DNA from: Octopus vulgaris
Lineage: Eukaryota
Assembly (NCBI GenBank): GCA_951406725.2
Contig: OX597818.1
Location: 86,738,001-86,802,000 of the forward strand
Length of the DNA stretch: 64,000 nucleotides
Reading direction: 5' to 3'
Part shown: positions 55,541 to 64,000 of the stretch, piece by piece
Layout of the letters: every line of letters starts with the position of its first letter
Numbering within the stretch: position 1 is the first letter of the stretch
Translations under genes and position numbers: made by a program
Notes under the pieces: generated by a model
What the model was told of the DNA's origin: nothing
Databases searched by the model: none
The model's input: the letters and a program-made list of their open reading frames with translations, nothing else

Positions 55541-55883
55541 ACTGGTTACTGTTGTCTTAGTCATCTTTCATTATATTTGTTTTCCTTCTGCCTTTGTCAG
55601 GCGAGGTCAGTCAGTACTATCTAGGTTCTTTCAGGGCCTCTAAGATCGGCGAGAAGAGGATAAGAGGAAGATGTTCTCGTATCGATAGCGAAGACCGAGT
55701 ATGAATGCTTGCAACACAGTGGTTCCCTATGAAATGCATCCAAAGACCAAGTTGGCGATGTTAAACAGGGTGACAAGTTCTACCATCCGACATTAATTGT
55801 ACCACCCAATATTTTCCCCCCTATTATTAGGTTGTTATTTATTCATCTAATATGGGGATTGGCAAAGTTCTTAGAACATGAAT

Positions 55884-56709
55884 GTGAAGGTGCATGGCTC
55901 AATGGCTAGTGCGTCGGGCTCCCAGTCAGCTGTAAAGATGAGTTGCGATATTACTGGTGCAAGCTGTATCAGCCATTGCCTTTCCCTTAGATAACATCGG
56001 TAGGTTGGAGGGTGACGTCTTCCATAAACAACCTTGCCCGGACTTATGTCTCGTAAGGGAACTTTCTAAGTGCAGTCCCATAGTCATTCATGACCACAGG
56101 GGTCTTTTGATTCACTTTAGAATGTCGGTTAAAATACAAAGAGGTATTTAGTTATAGCTCTTTACATTCTGGGTTAAAATCCCACTGATATCAACTTTGT
56201 CCAGGCCCAGTAAATTAAGAATCCATCAAATACTGAGATCACTGTTATTAATTAATCCCCTACCTTCAAAATTTTCAGGCCTTATTTGGTAGCAGCGAGT
56301 TGGCAGAATCGTTAGAATCGCCGGACAATATGCTCAGCAGTATTTCTTCCGACTTCACGTTCCGAGTTCAAATTCTGCCGAGGTCGATTTTGCTTGTCAT
56401 TCATTCTTTCGTGGACGATAAAATAAGTATCGATCAAGCACAAGGGCGATGTCATTGACTTCCCCTCCCCTCAAAAACTACTTCCCCTCCACACACACAC
56501 ACACTTTCCTTCTACTAAATTTCAGGCGTTGTGTCTCTAGTAGAAATGATTATTTGAAGTGAGTTGGCAGAATCGTCAGCAAGCCGGACAAAATGCTTAC
56601 CAGCATTTCTTCAGGTTTTACGTCTTGAGTTCAAATTCTGCCGAGGTCGACTTTGCTAGTCATTTTTTCGATATCGATAAAATAAGGATCAGTCGAGCAG
56701 TGCGTAATC

Positions 56710-56715
<6 letters not shown>
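55884..56715 (+). mobile_element. SINE cluster: family E copy followed by about three family B copies
   Basis: gtgaaggtgcatggctcaatgg head at 55884; family B heads near 56110, 56293 and 56558. Confidence 0.7.
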
Positions 56716-56744
<29 letters not shown>

Positions 56745-56747
<3 letters not shown>

Positions 56748-56970
56748 TCTTTACTCTTACTCTTTTACTCTTTTACTTGTTTCACTCATTTGACTGCGGC
56801 CATGCTGGAGCACCGCCTTTAATCGAGCAACTCGACACCGAGACTTATTCTTTGGAAGCCCAGTACTTATTCTATCGGTCTCTTTTGCCGAACCGCTAAG
56901 TAACGGGGACATAAACAAACCAGCATCGGTTGTCAAGCAATGCTAGGGAGACAAACACAGACACACAAAC

Positions 56971-57043
<73 letters not shown>

Positions 57044-57206
57044 TACGACAGGCTTCTTTCAGTTTCCGTCTACCAAATCCACTCACAAGTCATTGGTCGG
57101 CCCGAGGCTATAGCAGAAGACACTTGCCCAAGATGCCACGCAGTGGGACTGAACCCAGAACCATGTAGTTGGTTAGCAAGCTACTTACCACACAGCCGCT
57201 CCTGTG

Positions 57207-57209
<3 letters not shown>
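56745..57209 (-). mobile_element. SINE family A, full length
   Basis: Very similar to 52115-52526. Confidence 0.88.
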
Positions 57210-57259
<50 letters not shown>

Positions 57260-57263
<4 letters not shown>

Positions 57264-57750
57264 TGTACACATAAAAGGCATCCTTCATAGGATTTCTTTC
57301 ACGTTAGAAGGAACAGCTAAAGTTCAAACCAATATTGGGGATAAAAACTCGAAGGGAATGAAAAATATAAACAATTACCATCTATTTCCTGGACCATGGT
57401 TTCTGACTTCTTTGCCTTGTACTTATATGTTTGATCTAGGGGTACCTGCTATGAAGACTTTGCTTAGCAAATTATTTTATTTGCTAAAAAAGTCAGAAAC
57501 CATGGTCCAGGAAATAGATGGTAAATGTTTTTATTTTTTATTCCCTTCGAGTTTTTATCCCTAATAGTGGTTTGGACTTTAGCTGTTCCTTCTAGCGTGA
57601 AAGGAATCCTATGAAGGATACCTCTTATGTGTTTAAATGTACACTGTATTTATATGAATAATATATAGTCTATTGACTAATTTTCTGCACGCTAGGCCAC
57701 AAGTAGTAAAAATTTCTAAAATCGTTATTACCCTGATATTATTAATTTTA
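57260..57750 (+). mobile_element. ORF-less PLE-like insert with a ~143-bp fold-back and an HHR-like motif, in (TA)n
   Basis: Arms 57267-57409 / 57490-57632. cctg-CT.ATGA-a-gacttt...aaagtc-a-GAAA-ccatgg-TC-cagg at 57445-57511. Confidence 0.75.
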
Positions 57751-57755
57751 TATAT

Positions 57756-57877
<122 letters not shown>

Positions 57878-58529
57878 CATACGTATATATACAACGGGGT
57901 TCTTTCAGTTTCCGTTCATTTAAACGCCTTGGTCGACTCGAGGCTATTGTTGAAGTCACTTGCCCAAGGTGCCACGCAGTGGGACTGAACCCGGAACCAT
58001 GTTGTTGGGAAGCATGTTTCTTGCCACACATCCACGCCTGTTTTTTCATTCTTTTGGGGTCGGTGAAATGAAATACCAGCCAAATACTGAGGATGATGTA
58101 ATCGACTACACGCCACCCTTTTCAAAACTGTTGGCCTTCTGACTATCTGAAAAGCAGTTATGGCTGTGAATTAATAGAATCGATGAAGCGTTGGAGAAAA
58201 TTACTTTACGGTGTTTCATCCGGTTCCTTAGATTTTGAGTTCGAACCCCACCGAGATCATCTTTACCTTTTGTACAACTGCAGCGGATAAAGAAAAGCAC
58301 CAGTTATGTGCTGCGGTCGATTTAATCGGCAATTCCCTTCTCTTTAAAAATCCTTTCACTAATATGGCTGTGAGGTTAAGAAACTCGCTCTACAACTTCG
58401 TGGTTTCAGGTTCAGTTCCATTGCGCGGCACCTTAGACGAGTGTCTTCTAATATAGCTCCGAACCGACCAATGCCTTGTACTTGAATTAGTTGAACGGAA
58501 ATTGTGTGGAAACAGTCGTATGTATGTAG

Positions 58530-58577
<48 letters not shown>

Positions 58578-58581
<4 letters not shown>

Positions 58582-58965
58582 AGGCGCAATGGCCCAGTGG
58601 TTAGGGCAGCGGACTCGCGGTCGTAGGATCGCGGTTTCGATTACCAGACCGGGCGTTGTGAGTGTTTATTGAGCGAAAACACCTAAAAGCTCTACGAGGC
58701 TCCGGCAGGGATGGTGGTGATCCCTGCTGTACTCTTTCACCACAACTTTCTCTCACTCTTACTTCCTGTTTCTGTTGTACCTGTATTTTCAAAGGGTCGG
58801 CCTTGTCACTCTCTGTGTCACGCTGAATATCCCCGAGAACTACGTTAAGGGTACACGTGTCTGTGGAGTGCACAGCCACTTACACGATAATTTCACGAGC
58901 AGGCTGTTCCGTTGATCGGATCAACCGGAACCCTCGTCGTCGTAACCGACGGAGTGCTTCCAACT
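58578..58965 (+). mobile_element. SINE family D, full length
   Basis: A box tggcccagtggtt, B box gtttcgatt.cc, and a tRNA-like arm gcggactcgcggtcgt. Confidence 0.85.
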
Positions 58966-59969
58966 CCAAAAATATATATATATATATATATAAAACCATT
59001 GATTTTAAGGTAAAGAGATTAGACTATTTGTTGCATTGGGTCTTTTGAATGTGATAAGGATAAAGATGAAAGTAGCTATTCCTCTTTCTTGACCCTATCA
59101 TTTCCTTCTGATGCTCTAAATTGTAGTAGACTTCAAGTATTTTTTCCCTAAATCCAATCTGCTACAATAATAGCAAAAAGAAGCAACGTAATTATTTTAG
59201 TTTCTAGTACCGATGAAAAATTTGCTAAAAAATTAAAATGGATTATCCTGTCTGTTGGAAATCTACGTAGTCCTCTATGTCCGAGGAGAACGGTTTATTT
59301 CAAATTGATGTAATGTTCGCACTGAACGATTAAATGGAGGCGCTTGAAACGGCCGTAATGCACTGATACCTGGACATCCTTGCTACTTATTTGTTATATA
59401 TATATATATATATATATATATTGATGATGTCATATAAATTTATAAATTTCGAAAGAATGTGAAATAAGTCTCTTTGCAACTGCCAGTCACGAAGCAGATA
59501 AAACGCATGAAAACCTTTCGAATTTTTCTGTCTAAAGGGTTCTTTTACCCACTATTCTTTATGTTCGAATCTGCTTCAAAATTCGCTTTTCTAAAAAGCA
59601 ATTACACACACGCGCGTGTGTATACGAAAGGTTTCTTTTAGTTTCTATTTATCATTTCTACTCGTATGGCTTTGGTTGGCTCGAGGCTATAGTAGAAGAC
59701 ATTTGTCCAAGGTTCCACGCAGTGGAGCTGAACCCGAAATCATGTGATTGGGAAACAAGCTTCTTACCACACAGCCACACTTGCACACACACACAGACAC
59801 ACACACACACACATGAACGCGCGCGTAACTGTGTGTGTGTGATATGGTAACCGTCCAGGTGACACATAAAAGCACCCATTACAGTCTCGGAGTGGTTGGA
59901 AAACCATGCCAAATCAGACTGGAGCTTCACGCAGCCTTCCAGCGTGCCAGCCTAGGCACCATGATGATA

Positions 59970-60025
<56 letters not shown>

Positions 60026-60171
60026 CATTGATACATATATATATATATGAACGTGAAACTCAGAGTAACAGGTTTTGTTGAATTTTCTGCTGCTTTAAAT
60101 AAAGCATATTACTCTACAACTGGTATTTGAGTACTCTTTTTTCCACCTTGTTTCACATTTCTGTGTTTACT

Positions 60172-60266
<95 letters not shown>

Positions 60267-60271
60267 GTGGG

Positions 60272-60580
60272 GTTAAGGTGCATGGCTCAATGGCTAGAGC
60301 GTCGAGCCCAAAATCATAAGGTAGTGAGTTCGATTTCCGGACCGGGCTGTGTGTTGTATTCTTGAGCAAGACACTTTATTTCACGTTGCGACATCACTGG
60401 TGCCAAGCTGTCTCTGCCTTTGCCTTTCGCTTGGATAACATCGGTGGCATGGAGATAGGAAGCTTGTATGCATGGGCGACTGCTGGTCTTCATAAACCAC
60501 CTTGCCCGAACTTGTGGCTCGGAGGGGAACTTTCTAGGTGCAATCCCATGGTTATTCATGACCGAACAGGGTCTTTTACC
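60272..60580 (+). mobile_element. SINE family E (tRNA head plus CORE-like domain)
   Basis: tggctcaatggctagagc...gagttcgatttcc...ttcttgagcaagacactttatttcac. Confidence 0.8.
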
Positions 60581-60794
60581 CTAATCACCAGAGCTATGAC
60601 CTAGTACCAGAGCTATGACCTCTTAATGCATAGGAATAGCAGCTTGACCGGAGAGAAACTCCCTGATCTCCTAGCTAGGCACCCTCCTGAGTAATGGTAC
60701 TCCAGAGACTCTTCGAAGGAACAATGTTTCAGTTATGGACACTTTAATTCAAGGGCAGGTAATTCAATAAATGCAACAACCGAATCCCTTTTCG

Positions 60795-60853
60795 TCAAAT
60801 GACAGCAATCAACTTTGCCGCCATCACCGCCAACGTTGCTGTTGTTGTTATCA

Positions 60854-60901
<48 letters not shown>

Positions 60902-61045
60902 AGGATATTGTGGCCGCTGCTGCTGCTGTTGCTGGTATTAGCTGATATTTCAGTCCCAATCGAGCAGCACTAATTATTGTTGTTTTTGTTGCTGTTGTCA
61001 TTACTGCTGTTGATGATGTTTTTGTTATTGTTATTGTTGCTGTCG

Positions 61046-61086
<41 letters not shown>

Positions 61087-61228
61087 ATTAGCTGATATTT
61101 CAATTATTGTCCGTGTCGTTGATATATTGTGTTACTAAATAAATATATAAATAATTTATTATTTCGTTACCATAGTTACGGATATTGCTGCTTCCCTTCG
61201 CGCTCTAGTGTGCTGTGGATACTGTTGT

Positions 61229-61295
<67 letters not shown>

Positions 61296-61948
61296 TACAA
61301 AGACTGTGGCGACGACGACGACGACGACAGCGGTTAGAATGACGATGGTAGTGATAATGATGGTGATGGTGGTGGTGATATTGGTAGTTGTGGTGGAGGT
61401 GATAGTGGTGATGATGATGACGGCAGCGGCGGCGGCGACCTGGAGGTGGTGGTGGTGGTGGTGGTGGTTATGATAGTGGTGGTGTTCGTGGTTGGGTTGT
61501 GGTGATGATCATGATGATAATGGTGATGATGTTGATGATGGTGACGATAGCAATGACAATGATAATGACGATGGTGGTAGTGGTGATGATGGTGGTGGTG
61601 ATGGTGGGTGGATGATTAAGATATTGATAATGATAATGCTGATGATGATGATGATGATGATGATGATGACGACGATGAGAGCTGCGTTGATGATGCATAA
61701 GTCGTTGTGTTACGAGTTTAGTAAGTCATCGTTATAGCTGTTGGTTTACAAGAGATTGGTCTTATCATCACCATTCTCCACCTCCACCTCCACCTCCTCC
61801 TCATCATCATCTCACCATCACCTCACCATCACCATCATCATCACCATTATCATTACTTTTAACTTCTTCTAACGCTGCTGCCACTACCAGCATTATTGAT
61901 GCGACAATGTTATTACTGGCCTCGCTATATCATTATTACTACTACTAC

Positions 61949-61982
<34 letters not shown>

Positions 61983-62068
61983 ATTGTTGTTGTTGTTGTT
62001 GTTATTAATGTTGTTTTTATTGCTATTTTTATTGTTGTTACAAATGCTACTGCCACTATTCTTATTCG

Positions 62069-62101
<33 letters not shown>

Positions 62102-62218
62102 GGTGGTGGTGGTGGTGGTGGTGGTGGTGGTGGTGGTGGCGGCGGCGGCGGCGGCCGTGGTGGCGGCGGCGGCGGCCGCAGTGGTGTTGGTGGTGGTAGT
62201 AGTAGTAGCAGTAGTAGT

Positions 62219-62301
<83 letters not shown>

Positions 62302-62310
62302 CAGCAGTAG
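60795..62310. repeat. Mixed trinucleotide low-complexity block (GCT/GTT/GAT/GGT/GTA/GGC)
   Basis: Directly visible. Confidence 0.9.
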
Positions 62311-62831
62311 TCTGTTAGTTAATATAATAATATCTGTTCATTGGAACGTTATTGGCCGGGAGTGTTCGTTTCATGTCCACATATGAGAATTTTAAGCAAG
62401 TATCTCGTTTCATCAGCTCCGATCAAGTAAAGAAAATATCTGCTGCTACTGCTCGGTATTATTAAATTTCTCAAAGACTTCAAGAACTGGAATAAGATTG
62501 GATCAATCAGGCTATTATTTTTCAGTAATAATGTCCAACCACCGCCATGTTCAATATTCTTTCCCGTTCCATGGCCTTCCAAAATATTGGTAATTTTTGC
62601 ATGGAAAAAAGGTGAATGATGAAACACATTTTATAGTTTGAGAGTAACTGATAATGATTTCTGTTATTTTATTATTAAGCCCTGGAAATATGCAAATATT
62701 ATACATGCATACACACACACACACACACACACACATACACACAGATAAACACAGACACACACACACAGAGACAGACACACACATACACACACACATACAC
62801 ACATACATGCACACACATACACACATACATG

Positions 62832-62862
<31 letters not shown>

Positions 62863-62894
62863 GTAGAAATATGCAAATATTATACATATATATA

Positions 62895-63440
62895 GGCGTA
62901 AGAGTGGCTGTGTGGCAAGGAGCTTGTAAATTGTAAAAGAGGATGAGTGCCTCATATTGAAAGGACATATGGCCAATACGAAGAAAATTGTAAGAGGCCA
63001 AGTGCCTCATTTCAAGGACAAGGTGTCATTTGAGGTAAGAAGCTTAGTGCCTCATTGTAAGGACCTTGAATGCAAAAGAAATATTGCCTCAAATTGTAAG
63101 TTCACAAAAGAACAATATTTTAGAGAAGCAAAGAACGACGGGTGTCTTTAGCCTCCTCTTATTAATACCACCCTGTTCATCATTCATCTCAACTTATTAA
63201 TGTCTTCGTCCAGCCCGCAGCTTCTACATCTGTGTACGACTTTCATAGCCAATTTAATGAAATAAAAAAAAAGCTTGCTTCCCGAACACGTGGTTCCGGG
63301 TTCAGTATCACTGCGTGGCACCTTGGGTAAGTGTTTTCCAGCATATCCTCAGGCTGACCAAAGCCTTGTGAGTGAATTTGTTAGACGGACACTGAAAGAA
63401 GCCCGTCGCATATATATATGTCCGTTACGTTGTGTGTGTG

Positions 63441-63488
<48 letters not shown>

Positions 63489-63630
63489 TTCCCCGGATCA
63501 CAACTTGACAACCGATATTGGTGTGCTTACGTCCCCGTAACTTAGCGACTCCGCTAATTTACCAGGCATAAAAGATAAATACTGGGATCGATTCGTTGCC
63601 CCAGCGTGGCCGCATGAAACAGGAAACAGA
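62895..63630 (+). mobile_element. SINE family A split by a 345-bp insertion
   Basis: Head 62895-62926 resumes at 63272 (agcttgcttccc...), with agcttg duplicated. Confidence 0.8.
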
Positions 63631-63815
63631 CAAAGACAACAGAAACATACACACAGACGAGCAAAAATACACACTGACGCTATTATATATCACAACACAC
63701 ATGCACGCAGAAAACACGCACACTGCGCGCGCGCGCATGTGAACACAAGACGGAGATTCGCGGGGTTGGAGTTTCCTGTAACCGCTCATCAGACATTCAT
63801 GAGTATTATTTATAT

Positions 63816-64000
63816 AAAGTAATTCGTCGCCATATCGCGGTTCGCCTATCGTGCACTCAGTATATCGCGGTTCACCTATAGATCACGGATTTTTCTGGTT
63901 AATATTTGTAAATTTATATCGCGGACATATCTGGGTTTCTGATATATTTTTGTAGATTTTAATTATTTCTGTGGAATGTTTTGGAACGTAACACCCGCGA
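63816..64000. mobile_element. pogo/Tigger-like MITE running off the window end
   Basis: ta(a)agtaattcgtcgccatatcgcggttc resembles Tigger-type TIRs. The subterminal atatcgcgg recurs three times. Confidence 0.5.

Noticed and set aside
58578-58655. tRNA gene
   Set aside because: It is a tRNA-like SINE head continuing into a repeated body, with no clean acceptor stem or terminator.
62349-62627. 92-aa minus-strand ORF in a unique island
   Set aside because: No ATG start, domain or convincing splice sites.
62927-63100. CRISPR-like repeat-spacer pattern
   Set aside because: Repeats are short and degenerate, the context is eukaryotic, and there are no cas genes.

Overview
AT-rich, repeat-saturated metazoan non-coding DNA. 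The SINE families and microsatellite load point to a coleoid cephalopod (octopus-like); this is inference, not a database result. Nearly all ORFs in the track are microsatellite artefacts. The recognisable coding remnants are all transposons: a 5'-truncated but uninterrupted Penelope-like (PLE) RT + GIY-YIG ORF (44818-46146), two Tx1/L1-type 3' fragments sitting inside (GATA)n, an RTE tail, a decayed Tc1 and two deleted mariners. There are also hAT/Tc1/pogo MITEs, non-autonomous Helitrons and dozens of tRNA-derived SINE copies. The most striking unexplained signal is about 15 type I hammerhead-ribozyme (HHR) motifs, intact to degenerate, from many unrelated sequence families. Most lie in short ORF-less inserts within (TA)n tracts, often with fold-back 5' ends. 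One is a highly structured 490-bp unit with a partial tandem repeat that resembles a retrozyme/circular-RNA retroelement (25090-25905). No host gene is identified with confidence, but a few splice-signal-bounded candidates exist: a 9-nt microexon and a two-exon 32-codon small ORF.
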